Source: Auanema rhodensis
Lineage: Eukaryota; Animalia; Nematoda
Assembly: GCA_964057225.1 (NCBI GenBank)
Contig: OZ059896.1
Coordinates: 13,764,001-13,828,000, forward strand
Length of the DNA stretch: 64,000 nt
Direction: 5' to 3'
Positions 14,446 to 27,800 of this stretch are shown here, in pieces (the first letter of the stretch is position 1; each line of letters begins with the position of its first letter). The position numbers and the translations under genes are program-made. The notes under the pieces are model-generated. The model worked only from the letters and a program-made list of their open reading frames with translations, searched no databases and had not been told where the DNA came from.

Positions 14446-14819
14446 TTAAGCGCGGCTTCTTGTGAATTTTCCCCAGATGTGCAAGACGAATACTGAAGCG
14501 ATGAAAACTAAGCTCATAACAAGAACTGGGACAGGTCCGATCTTAAGTCCAGTAGAATCTTCAGTGTAGAAACGCCACATGCCTCCTTGGCTTCCACTAG
14601 CACGAGCTCTTCCAGAAGACTGGGCGGCTCCTTAAATGTTAAGAGATAATTAATTATTTCAAATCAAAACACGTTAACTTTGTTAGAAACTTCCATAGGG
14701 AAACAAAACTCAATTGTTTGTTTGATTTAATTAAATATTAAAAGAAACAAACCTCCAGAGCGTCTCTGTTTCAGCTGAGTTCCAGCGCTTGGGCGAGGGC
14801 TACGGCCAGTGTCAGACAT
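14446..14819 (-). CDS. sec-61.B: Protein translocon subunit Sec61 beta (2 exons)
   Basis: [83 protein letters not shown]. Confidence 0.97.
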
Positions 14820-14949
14820 TATTACTAAATATTATTAAAAGTAAATTTATATAGTTATACTTGAACATAGATATAGCAAAATAATATAGAAAATAACAAA
14901 GCCAAAAACGACAAGACTGTACTGGTAGTTCAAGAAAAACAAAAATCAG

Positions 14950-15262
14950 AGGAGACAAAGACCCCACTGATATATCTCGGCCACGATGGTAAAAGAGACA
15001 GCATGAAAACGCTTGTACGTAGAATAGATGCGTACTGTACGTCTCTGGCAGACATCCAATCTCTTTGCAGTTCGACTGTTCAGCGTCCCTGCATTCGCAG
15101 GCTGACACGACTCATTGCAGTTCGGTAGGGCTGCCGCGCAGTTTGATGTTAGGCCAAGCCACGCCCTTTGTGTGCATTCTTGGCTAACGTTACCTTTGCA
15201 AGGGAACACTGCACTATACTCTGCTATAGTGGCGATTATGCGCTGGATCTTAGTCGGTCTTG
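14950..15262. ncRNA. Candidate ~310-nt structured non-coding RNA of unknown family
   Basis: GC-rich island in an AT-rich divergent promoter. About nine nested helices are visible, including a 5'/3' closing stem (14954-14964 with 15245-15255). On the minus strand it ends CTGATTTTTG. Strand unresolved. Confidence 0.55.
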
Positions 15263-15480
15263 AGTAAGAATCATGAAGTTCCATATATTCATTACTAGCT
15301 TTTCCATTTCAGCGTCAAGTTTTTCTATTTAGTTAAAGACCTTTGCATTGCATCACAATTACTTAGATATTAAAATATTTTTGTTCCAATTTTTGTAGCT
15401 CGATCCATGTTATGAAGTCTCTTATCTCAGATATTTTATTTTTTTATTTCGATTTTTTAGACTAAACATATTTATTCACT

Positions 15481-16179
15481 ATGGGTAAATTCACCAAGGA
15501 AGAGGAAGTTCTTCTCTCTAGCTATTCTTCTGGAAATACCGCTAAGAGCAATGCTCTTTTCTACATCAATGCTGCTGTAATCTCTGTTGCTCCAATCTAC
15601 CTCTTTTACGGTGTTCACCAAATGGAGGTTTGTATAAGTTAAAGTATATGTGACTTATCTCCTGTTTTAGATTGCTGATTCATGGATTGTTTGGGTCATC
15701 TCTGCCGCTGCTTCCATCTACCTCCTCACCATGGCTTGCAAGAATCAGAAGAGACTTTTGAAGGATTCGTAAGTATTTCTATAGCTTAATTTTTTTGTAT
15801 CATCAGCACACAACTTATCGATAATTATATATTATTGTAGCATCATGACCAAGAGAAGCGTTGCTGTTGACCGTGAGATCAATCAAAGATACGGTAACGA
15901 TAAGAAAATGAGCACCAAGGAAAAGGAGGTGAGTACTGACTTGACCTAATTTCTTTCAAACTTACCATTCTTTAGGAACGCGCTCTTTACCGTAAAAACG
16001 AAGTTGCTGATTCAGAGGCTACTTATCTTTCTATCTTCTTCACCAACATTCTCTTCTTGACCATTCTCCTCTTCCTCGCATTCTTCCTTCTCTCCAACTT
16101 GGCTCCACTTTTCAACTCTCTTTTCTCTATTGTTGGAGCTGCCGGTCTTGTTGCTTTCCTATCCACAGCTAAGAACTAG
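15481..16179 (+). CDS. trap-3: Translocon-associated protein subunit gamma (SSR3)
   Basis: MGKFTKEEEVLLSSYS..SNALFYINA..PIYLFYGVHQME; KKMSTKEKEERALYRKNEVADSEAT..SIFFTN; GAAGLVAFLSTAKN*. Confidence 0.97.
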
Positions 16180-16397
16180 ATATCTAAGTGTGTACTTCCT
16201 GTAAACGTGTTTGTTTATTTATATGGTAATAACGGGACCGTTGTTGTAGTTTGAGAACGATTAATTAATTATTACAGCTTTTATCAATATTTATTAAAAA
16301 CTGTTTTACAAAATAAAAAAGTCTCATAAAAAGGTGTGTTTTTCCTAAATACTTTGACATTTTGTAACGTTTCGATTTTCTTAATTTCAAAGCTCAG
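16180..16397 (+). promoter_or_regulatory. Operon-type intercistronic region between trap-3 and the eri-5-like gene
   Basis: AATAAA at 16312, then a U-rich stretch, then an AG acceptor at 16396-16397 directly before the ATG. The ~85-nt spacing is typical of SL2-type operons. Confidence 0.6.
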
Positions 16398-18704
16398 ATG
16401 AGAATCGGCAGGCAATCCTCGAAGAGGCCAAAGTCTCCCATAACTGTTGTCTCAGACAAACAAATTTTAATGTGTAGAAATGGGATTATTGATAATACAA
16501 TGAAGGTAATTCTAGGTTGGCTAAAAAAAGCTGATTTATAATTATAGATAAATAGAATTCCTTTAATAAGGACTTCAGTTGTTGAATATTTGGGATTAGA
16601 ATCCCCATCGTGTATTTGGGTCCGGTTACCAAATCATATAACCCCAAACCTTGTGATAACTGATTTGTAATATTATTATTTCTGAAGAAATCACATGAGC
16701 ACGTTTACTTTATAGAAAATCTTTGACAAAGGTTACGGAAGAAATTCAAGAATTTGATTATTTTCTTGCACCTATTGAAGAAGGGGTTTTTGCCAGATGT
16801 CGAGTAATCAAGGTTATTTTTGTTTCTCTCACAATGATCGAACAAGATTGAACTTTGTAGAAAGAATCAAACACAATGAGGGTACTTGTTATGTTTATAG
16901 ATCACGGTGTTAAAGCTTGGATAGGAAGAAATGTTAGTATTGTTTATCAAATTTTACAACATCTTGATTAATTCAGGTCCTTGCTGAAATGCCTAGTGAC
17001 TTCTTGCCTTATCACCCTTGGCAAGCAATTTGTATTTCCATTCATGGTCTTAAAATGCAAGGAAATCCCGCTTTAGAAGCAAGAGTTGGTGGATTATGTA
17101 TATCTCTCTTTGAATATAGATATTTTATTAGATAACACCTAAATGGAACACAGAACATGCTCATATTTTAAGAGAAATTATGGGCTTTTTTAACTTTTTT
17201 AGAACAAAAACTATTTTCAGTAGTGAATACTGTAATGATTATCGTGAACCTAACAAGGTATGAATAATTCAATTTAGTTAGCATTATCAGCTATAAAGGT
17301 CGAACTCTTTGGATTACGTGGTGCTGACGATGAGATTGGAGTTTCTATCGCTCATATCTTCACTTCCAAACTTGGAAATCTTTTTGTAATTCCCATTAAT
17401 GTATTTGATGCTTCCACTGTACAATCTATTGATAATTGTGACCCTGAGGTATATTCGTCTTCTGTTTTATGACACTGTCCTTATAAGCACTTCAGAAGTG
17501 TGATGAGTCAAGCATTCCAATATTTCAAAAGGAATGGCCAGTTGACGATGATAATAGTGATGATGAGTTTATTGAACCAGTAGTAGATAACTGGTCGCTT
17601 TGGTGTCCTGAAAAAATACAAATCCCTCTGTTAACTCCAGAGTGGCTTTGCGAAAATGGGTTTGTAGCTATATATAATACTTTACGACTTTTTTTTTTTG
17701 AGTTATGCTTTTGGGTCTGAAGGAAAGAAGCAGTTCTTACTTTCCATCGAAGGTCAACATACGCAATCTCCATATGAATGGTATGGCAGGCCTATCAAAG
17801 CTAAAACTGAAAGTTGTCTTTCTTCGCGATCTTCTGATTTAAATTTGCATTTCAGGTAATAATACTAATAAGTTCGATAATATGAGTTTGATGTTGGAAG
17901 CCGATGAGTTTTTGAAATCTAAATCTGATATGTTGGACGTATTTTATTCCAAGAGTGCCAACAGACATCAAATGGACCGAACAGATATGTACGAATAAAC
18001 TTAATGTTTTTAGTTTATAAAATATATTTTTAGCTCTAAATGGCTGAAAAATGGTCTAGCTGTTTATGCTATATTTGGAACATCTGAAGAAAGAGCTCTT
18101 TATACTGGTGAATGGCAACGAGTTCAGGTAACATGGAACTTGAAAAAATTATTCAAGTTCTTATAAAATTCTTCAAGGTTGTATCTTGTGATGAATCTTC
18201 CTGTATTATTCGTTATTTGGATTCAGGAGGACGTGAGTTGGTTGTACCTAGTCAACTTTACAAAATTCACACGAGGTAAGTATATTTCTACTATTAGTAG
18301 ATGTCAGTTTTTTTATAGCCATTGTACCTACCCTCCATTATGTGGCCAGTTTTGTTTACAAGGATATAAAGATGTTGATCCCAAAGCTTATGAAACCAAA
18401 AAGAAGTGGTCAAAAGAGGCGATCAAAGCGTGGAATATTCTACTTCGAGTTGATCTTCCGGTCTCGGTAGAACATTTAGGTTTTATTTATATCGTTATAC
18501 ATTAATGTAAGAATTTCATTAGGAATGTTGAATGCTCCACAATTAAAAACTGGTGTAGTGCCATATGAGGAAAATCATGTTCTTTGTGCTAAGCGTGTAA
18601 GTATATCTGGCATTGATCTGGCTGTCGAATTGACCCAGATAGATGGTCCTGGGGGTGCTCTAATAGATGTTACAGCTCCAGTTACGTATTATCAAAATGT
18701 ATAG
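16398..18704 (+). CDS. eri-5: Tandem Tudor-domain protein, ERI-5-like
   Basis: Two extended Tudor units: ESPSCIWVRL..FLAPIEEGVFARCRV..VMFIDHG..HPWQAICISIHG and SPYEWYGR..GEWQRVQVVSC..IIRYLDSGG..HCTYPPLCGQFCLQG. It sits directly after trap-3; from my recollection trap-3, sec-61.B and eri-5 share cosmid Y38F2AR in C. elegans. Confidence 0.72.
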
Positions 18705-18814
18705 TTTTTTTCACATGCTCTTCAAGATTGATCGGGTTTTCTTCTTTATGTTATCATCGCTTTTAATATGAGATTACTTTAATGTACAGATCCATAGAAT
18801 TTTTTCCGTTTTTT

Positions 18815-21800
18815 TTAATGTGTTATATCGGGAATGTTCTCGATGCGTGGTTCCCATCTTCGTGCTTTCTTGTCCGCCTTTTCCAGCTTTCTATACCGAA
18901 GTGTTCGATAAAGAGCTAAATAAATCTGAAAATGTTTTCATAAATATCCTCATCGTTATTTTCTTTTTGCTTACTCCATGCACAAATTTACGGAATAAGG
19001 GAGATTCAGAATAGTTTTCTGGAAGTCCTACAGACACCTTATCCGATCTGCTGTGCAAGCCAAGTTCATGTTTTATCTAGAAATCAATATCAATCCAGCT
19101 TTCTGTGCTGAAAACCTTGTATGATATATGCTCGATTATCTCATAATTATTAGCTAAACGATCTGCATTGTTTCTCACTAATTCAAACTCGTACATAATA
19201 ATCATTACGAATACATTCTGTAAGAGAACAGTCCCCAAGATCATATAGAAAAGGAAATATCCTGATCCTGAAGTTTACAAATTGAAAAGATATGCTTTTG
19301 CATCTCAATACCTAGCACGGATACACTATACAATTTGCCTCCTTTCAATTTTCCTAATAATGAGGAGACTAATGATTGTAGTGAGATGATATATGCATGA
19401 TATCTTAATTTCTTTCAGTATATATATATATATTATATTGAAGATCTACCCATCCAACTGATTTCCAAGTAGGTGAAGCATAGCCAACGTAAAAGCATTT
19501 AATATACAAAAGAATGATTTTCCATAATCAACCATACCACGCGTTCCACTGTGCAAAGTATCAGCAAGAACTGTGATTCGATGATTGAATCTGTTAAGGA
19601 TCATGAGGATAATGCTGATACTAAGCTTTGACAAACCTCAATATTTTGATTAGTTTACATGAGACAAAAAATACAATAATTGCAAAAGAATAAAGGAAAA
19701 ATAGATCGGCATCTCGTTGTCTCGATAAATTAATATAAGAATTTCCATTTGTAGCAATAAAAGTTTCAATAGCCTAATTTCAGTGTTTTAACATACTTAT
19801 ATAATAGTATTACCTCTTGAACAAAATGAGTTTTTATTCCATATGCTACAGCAGATAATAAAGCTATGACTCCAACAAGTAAATCTATAGTTTGCCAAAG
19901 GTCATAACCACTGAATCTTCATCATACAAAGAAATGAAATGATTTAGAAATTCTTACCCAATCAGGAACCATCTTACAAACTTAATTGGATGAAGTAACA
20001 AATGCTTGGTGAACAGTCTGTGTCGATCATAAACAATAACCACAAATTCAATCAGAAATTTGATTACACAATAACAAAGATACAAATACTAATATAGATA
20101 AATAATTATTTGTATTAAAATAATGTACAACCTCAATCGTTTTATTTACTTCATCTTCTTCTCCTTTAATCAAACGTAAAGATTCAATCCAGACCGATGG
20201 GATACAGAATCCTGAAATTAGCATATACATTTATGAATAAAAAATTATTTTTTTTTTGTTAATGATGACATGATCTATTGTATTTAGATTTGGGAATACT
20301 TACGTTCACGAGGAATCTCAAGAAGCAGTTGAACAACTGAGAAATAATTTACTTGAGCATTATATAAGGAGAACTCAACCACAACAGCTCTTGTATTCTA
20401 TTAACATTTTATTATTATATAATAACTTGTTTAAGTTTTACTTTGTCAATCCATAGTTCTTTTTCTAATCTACTGAAACGTTCACGAAGAGTATCAGCTG
20501 TACCTTGTAGTGATATAGCATATCCTCCTCCTTTATAAGTTCCAACTTGACCCATGATATTTTCACCTACAACATCGAATGGTAAAGGTAATCGAGAAAT
20601 CAACAGAAACAACTTTTCAATATATCGTTGTTTCTATAAGTATATTCAAGAAGAGTCTTGTTTTCATATGGAGTCCATGATGAACCAAAAAAAGGAGTTG
20701 TATCATATCCAACCACCCATAGATCTTCAACGCAACTTGAGTTTGAAGATGCTTCAGGTAAAACAAAATTGCATTCGTGAGGTTTTGATCGAATTTGTCG
20801 AATAATACCCATTCCCATAGCTTTTGATGCCTCAAATTGGTTTTAGAAAGGTAACAAAAAGAGAATGAGAGGCTATATATACCATATCATTGACGAAACC
20901 TCTCATGCCATAAGCAGGTTCGTCATCAGGCCAATTTGCGGATAAACCTGATATGCATATAAGGTACATCAATTTTAAATAAGCATTAATAATACCATTT
21001 ACAAGATATTTGTTGGCCCAGTTCCAAAAATCTTCAACATATTCGATCTGTGTGAATGAATCAGTAGATTTTTCAATGTTGAACGTGCTTTTAACCTTAA
21101 ATGAAAAATGTATATATATATAAATTTAAAAGGTTAAAATAACATCTTACATCTTTTTGATAGTAAAATCCAAAGCGATCTCGCAATAAATAAGTTAAGC
21201 TTGTAAATATAATTAAGGAAAATAGCAAAAAGATTATTTCCCTTATAGTGTTGAACAACACTTCATCTCTGAATAAAAAAAGTTTAGAAGTCAGAAAATC
21301 AACTATGTAACCTCATTCGATTATCTTTTGTCGTTTTCAATTTGGATAAATCAGCATACGTTTTTCCGGTAACATCATCCAGTATTTCAGGTGGGCATTC
21401 TAAGATAATACTTTCATGTTCAAGTTTTGTATAGTTTAACATACTTTCGTAGTAAGGCAGGGGATTCTTCGGTAAGAAAGAAAGCTCAATATCTGATAGA
21501 ATATTATGTCGGATATTCTTTTTAATTGATCGTAATGAAATCAAATATGCCTAAAATGGTCAATATTATCAAGAACATATTGTTTATATACTTTAATTGG
21601 TTCAAATATAATTATCCACAACATTAGCATAATCATAAATCTTAATGTAAAAGCTGTAGCATACTGTTCAGATAATGAAAACGCTGTCTAAAAATATGAA
21701 AAATTTGAAATTTAGTATCAATTAAGTACTAGTTGTATGACAACATTAAGCATATTCTAATTAGCATAATTAGTCATTTTCATATAAATGTGAGTTATGA

Positions 21801-24800
21801 ACGGTTGTTTTCATAAATCTTTCAATTTAAATTAATAAAACATACCACAGTATTAATAATAAATAACATAAATAATAAAGATTTAAGTATTGAAGATATG
21901 ATTTGAATAACTATTGGATTATATTGTCTTTTCGGTTTTATATAGTTTGGATATTTTCTTTTATAATACTTTATTAAATCTTGTTCTGTTGATGTGCATG
22001 TCACACTGCAAGCAAATACTAGAGATTCAAACTCACTTTCTGTCAACTTACCTGCATAAAACAGGATAAAACATATTGAAGATTGTTAATAGTAGTCCAG
22101 ATATCATACCAATTATTCCCTTAAGTATAATTTTTACATTCGAACGACAAACGATGTTACATCAGTCAAGGTATAGCCTGATGATCCGCGTTGGCTATTA
22201 AACAATTTTGATAGTTGAATATGAAGAAGAGTAAAAATTGAAAAAGAAAACCATACAGAGATAATATAAACATCTCTTTCTAGTCTAATTCTTGAAAGTC
22301 CAGAACCACCTAAACGTCCTGATCTTATTTTTCAATTTATATATTATAATACCCAAAAACATAGCTGTATAACTAGTGTTTTCAAGCATATTGAACATGC
22401 TCATTGCTTTATATAATGGACTACTTTGATTATATTGTTCTGCTAATCTTTCTGTCTGTTAATATTCATTTTCAATATTATTAAATTAAATTGATTGTTC
22501 CATACTTGTCCATCTCCATAGCCGGTTCCTAGCCAATTATGAACAGGAAATGAATATTTAGTGTCTGTTTGAACATCATATATCTCCACTGATTCACAGT
22601 ACCAAGCTTCTGCTTGCTCTTCACCTGGTTTTTCTATCCATAATCGAAGATATGTTAAATTTCCCAATGGCCTGTTTTGGTTGTTATTATTATTAAAAAT
22701 TATTTTTGAAGAAAAATACCATTGAGTAGTCATCAGAAAACGTGCGCATTTCCCCCACTTCAGTGGAAATCCGTAATCAGCACTTTCTTCCCCTTGTAAT
22801 GTTCGAGATATTTCCGTACCAGTATCTCCGGTCAAATTAAAACAAATCTATAACAAGATTATTTGAACACACCAAAATTTCAATTTATTGATACTCTTGA
22901 TTCCGAAGAAGAAAACTGTCGATATCCAGTATAAACATTCAAAATATAAATATATTCATCAGAAGCATGATTATTTTTTAAATTACGTAATTGACCCTGT
23001 TCAAATTTTAATTTAGTTTGTTAAAAGAAGAATGACAAATGAAACTTACTCGATCTCTATCACATCGTTCTGTTTGACAGCAATTACAGAATGTTATTAA
23101 AAGAAAAATACAATAACAAACTATTATAACGACTGGTTGAATATTTTTCTGAAAATTCTTTAATTTAGTAAATATTCAGTGTACTGTAATTATAACTGGT
23201 AACACATCAATTGCATAATCATAAGAAAATTGTGCTTTAATTTCTGGATTGAAGATACCCGTTACAAAAGCCGTTAGATGATTTGATTCACATAATACAT
23301 AAGATTCACCAGCTGATGGAGCCACCTAAAGCAAATAAATGCAATGATATCCTAAATATAAAACAAACTGATATTCCACTTGAATCAAAAAGATTTGTCT
23401 CTTTGTTATAAGCATAACATCCCTTAGTTAAAACTCTTACTTCAATATCTGATGTTTCTGAAAATTATATTTTTCGATGGAATATAAAGTTATCAAGTTC
23501 TACCTTTACTGAATATCCGTTCTTCAGAATTATCAGATTTCTTGTCTTGATACAAAACGGTGTCATTGGTTGACTCTGTTGTCTGAGTCCCAACACCAAA
23601 TATATACGTCCCTGTCATATTATATAAAGCTTCAGAAGGAATATGATAACGATATACATCTGTGAAAGAAAGGATATATTTTAATATATTTTGCTTAAAA
23701 TCTATACCGTTTGGAATATTTTGTTGATATTCAAGCTCATGATCTTGTACTCGAGGTCCAGGAATAGCTTGAAAGCTGATGAATACATGTTTCTGTTCAG
23801 CGGCAGAAATAAAAGGATGAAGAATCTAAAAAATATGAATTAGAACTAAGCTTAGAATAATATTCTTCACCTCAAACGACATGGAAGCATTCCAAGCTGT
23901 AGTTTGAAACGAACGTAAATCCAATATTTGATATGATTGCAAAGTTGATCCAATAAATGATACAGGCGGATAAATATTATCTTAAAAAAGACATTTTCTT
24001 GCTTGAAATAAGTATTTATATCGGAGATACATACCTTTCTTATTCGATCCTCGAACTATGATTGGACGTTTTGTATTTTTAACTCTAAAGTTTAGAATTG
24101 AAAATATTTTTAGAAGAAAACTACAAACTTTATAAGTTCACTATTAATATTTTTTAATGAGAAGTCTAATGTACCACTTGTAATTAAAATATCTGCATCA
24201 TCCAAATAATAATACATATTTTGCTCAAAACATAACATATCAATACGAAATGGTTCAGTTGATGATATATCATTAATATTTAAATCATTTAATGTTTCAG
24301 GTAATTTAACCTATAAAATAATATAAATAAATTATTTGTACTCTTTTATAGTTTAGAATTTACCTGGAAAGATGGACATGCATAATCATTTTTCAGAACA
24401 ATATCCTCTGTTCCAGCAGCAGCAATAAGAAGTGCATCATTCTTTTCATACTGTTAAGTTATTTTCAGATTATGAAAAAATCAAAAAATTGTTCACATAC
24501 TTTAACGTAAAATGGAATTTCCCCTTTTTCTATTTTTTTCTCAGCAATTGTATCACTTATTGTATTTAATACAGAAGTTATTTGATTAATCATCTTTTCA
24601 CCCTTAACAAAATTAATTTTTAATTTTTTGATTAATCTTATAACATCTACTAACTAATTCTTTTTGAACAATTTTTGTCGCTTCTGCTGCCCATTCTTCT
24701 GGAGTTGATTCTTCAACATACCGTATATTGTCTATATCGATCAGATAATAAAAAAATTATAATTGTATGTAATTACTTGGATCATTTGGTAAAACATTAA

Positions 24801-27800
24801 AGATATCATTGTAATTCTCTTTTTCAGACAATAAATTCTTTGCAAGATCCGATGGTAATGGGGAATTGCTTGAATCAATAAGGGATGAAACTAATGACGA
24901 AGTTACCGAAAGTATATTTTCAGAAATCTGTAATTATATTAAAAGTATGTAAAATTAAATTAAATTAACATCTTCTATATCGTCTTCAGTTAAATCTTTT
25001 GAATTTTCTTTGATATAATTTTCTATTTCGCTCAGAGTATCTTTAGCATATTCCATTGATTTCTGATTGAAAGTGCTCTGTGGTACAATCTCTTAACAAA
25101 GTATGTTCTCTTTTTAAAATTAAAAAAAACTTTATAAATACCAAAGACAGGAGCTGAAAAATCATCAGAAACTTCAATGGTTGATTCTAATATGACAAGT
25201 CCATTTGTTTCATTACGAATTAGCATTCCACCCTCGAAGAACATGTTACCTTTTCCATCAAAGTTTAATTCAGTTCTAATATTAAAAATGAAAATTTATA
25301 AATGAAAAAAATAAACCGTTTATGAGTTTTTGCTTTACTTGCAAATTCACCTGAAGATATTACTAAATAATTTCCCAAATTATTTGTTTGAACCTAAAAC
25401 TTTTAACGAATTCTTTTTCTTATTTTTATAATTAATATTATTTTATACCTTATATTGAATATTATTGAATAATATTTTTTTATATGGTTCAGATAAAAAC
25501 CTCATAGTATGATCCAAAACTGCAATTGGTGTACTAACCAACTCAATGTTTTCGTCATCAAGAAATATCTATAAATATATAAATAAATAAGAAAAATAAA
25601 TCTTTGATTATATTTATGAACAACCAGTCTTTACGTAATTTCATTAAAAAATGAAATCACGTTAATCTATGATGCACTTAGGCTAATAAATATTCAAAGT
25701 GTTTAATATTTGTACTTTGAATTGTAAATTATAAATATTAGGTTGGTCGGAAAGTAATGTCGTTTTTTTCGATTGTATTCGATCAAAAAAAATTATGAAC
25801 ACATGAATCAGTATATAAAGAATAAAATAATGATAACAAGTATTATTATATGTTATTAATTCTTAATTATACTTTTCTGAACAGTAGATTAATTCTGAGT
25901 TTTTTTATAGCTTTTTGAAATCATGCTGGAGAAAAGAGAATTGAGAGCAATTTTTTTGTACGAGTTCAAACTTGGACGTAAAGCTGTTGAAAGAATCAAC
26001 GTTTCTTTCGGCGAAAGTACTTGTTCTGTTCGTATGATGCAGAGATGGTTCAAGAATTTTAAAGAGGGAACCGAGAGCTTGGAAGATGATGATCGATTCT
26101 GACGACCTGCTGCCGTTGATGAACAAGTTCTGAAAAACTTGGTTGAAGCAGACCCGTGTAGTACCACCAGAAGTCTTGCAGAAGATCTAGGAATATCTCA
26201 TTCAACAGTACTAGATCATTTGAGGAACATTGGAAAAGTGAAAAAGCTAAAAGCTAAAAAAAGGAAGAAAGACAATTGAAAAACTAGGAGACATGATTTT
26301 TATTCTAATGGTATATATAAGTTATATAATCGTTGGCAGAGTTGTATTGTTTCTGCTGGTTTTTATTTTGAATAAAAAAATTGATTCTAGCAAAAGTTAT
26401 AACCAATTGAAAACATTGTATGAAAAACGACATTACTTTCCGACCAACCAATATTTTTTAATAAACATACTGTTCCTTTAATGACTAGTTGTGCACCAAT
26501 TTTAATATTTTCTTCAATTTCTTGTATTGTTTTTGGATGAAGAATTGTAAACTTTGTTTCTTTCAGAGAAACATAAACTGCTTTTACTTCAGGTAATCTA
26601 GTGTCTAGAATAAACTTTTCATATGATATTCGATATTATGACTGAAGAGACCTGGTAGTACGGTAGCAACTGATAATGGACTATTATCAGCAGATTTAAG
26701 TGTAATAACTGATCCTAATAAGGAAGAATCCTTTTTAAGCCATTCTGAATCAATATCTAAATATATATGTATAAAATATTTGATTATATCCATTAATATC
26801 ACTTTCGAAGAAATAGGGAACATGTAAAAATTGTAAAACTTGGGATTTTTCCGGAAAAACTTTAATAATTGAAGAAGTATATCGAAGATTAATTGAAGAA
26901 TCTTTATTTTGAATAATTGAAATAATTCCTTTTCTATAAAAAATAATTAATATTAAGTATGAGAATACGGACTTTACCCAATTTCTATTGAATATTTCTC
27001 TTCTGCATAATTAACATCAAAAGTACATTTAATAGCTTGTTGTGCATAACCTTTTCCTAATTCTGATAAAGTATTTTGTGAAACCTAAATCAATCAATAA
27101 TTTGGTAAAAAAATTTAAAAATAATTCACATTGATATGTAATTTAAGATTTGATACAGAAGCAATAGTTGTTATAGCTGTATTATATTGAAGTTGTGAGT
27201 TTCGAATATTTGATTTGAAAGTAACATTCCAGAATTTTGTATTAAACGTTTGCATCGGAATGTATGTATCTGATACAACTTCGATCTATAAACATCATTC
27301 TTTCTAGGCCTGCAACCTTTTCAAATTTACAAACCATTGCAGGACTGTAGAGATGAAGAACTTTTAACGATCCAGCTGTACTTTGTTCTTTGTATGTTGT
27401 TTTTGAGACGAAGATTTCTGTTCTATTCAAAAAATTTCCAGACATATCCACCATATTATCAGAATATGCCGTAATAATAGACTCTGTTTCAGGATTTTGT
27501 ACTTTTCCTGGGAAAATATTACCAGAGATATAGATTAATCTACCATTTATCGTAACCTAAGCAATTTTGTTTTTATTTAATTTCGGATAAAATTATGTGG
27601 TACCGTAGAATCATGCATAATAATGCTTGTATCATCTGTTCTCACTACACCATATTGAAATCCAAAACTTCCACTTGGTCTGCTAGTTTTCTATTTAAAG
27701 AATGAAATAAAGCTTGAGTTGTTTCCTGCTGTATCTTACGTCTTTATACTCAACATTGAATCCTTTACTAGCATCAAGAGCATCTTCAAGAACATTTAAT

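Noticed and set aside
15148-15160. TTAGGC/GCCTAA inside the structured element as a telomerase RNA template
   Set aside because: Only one 6-nt repeat with no alignment extension, and it lies within a predicted stem.
14950-15262. SRP RNA, RNase P/MRP, U3 or U1/U2 identity for the structured element
   Set aside because: The size and translocon context suggest SRP, but the helix-8 motif is absent. There is no P4 CR-I/CR-V pair, and only short coincidental matches to U2 (CTAAGATC) and U3 boxes.
14946-15284. 112-aa and 98-aa minus-strand ORFs over the GC-rich island
   Set aside because: No recognisable domain and no introns, in a genome where genes are finely split. Overlapping open frames are expected in GC-rich sequence, and base-pairing explains the region better.
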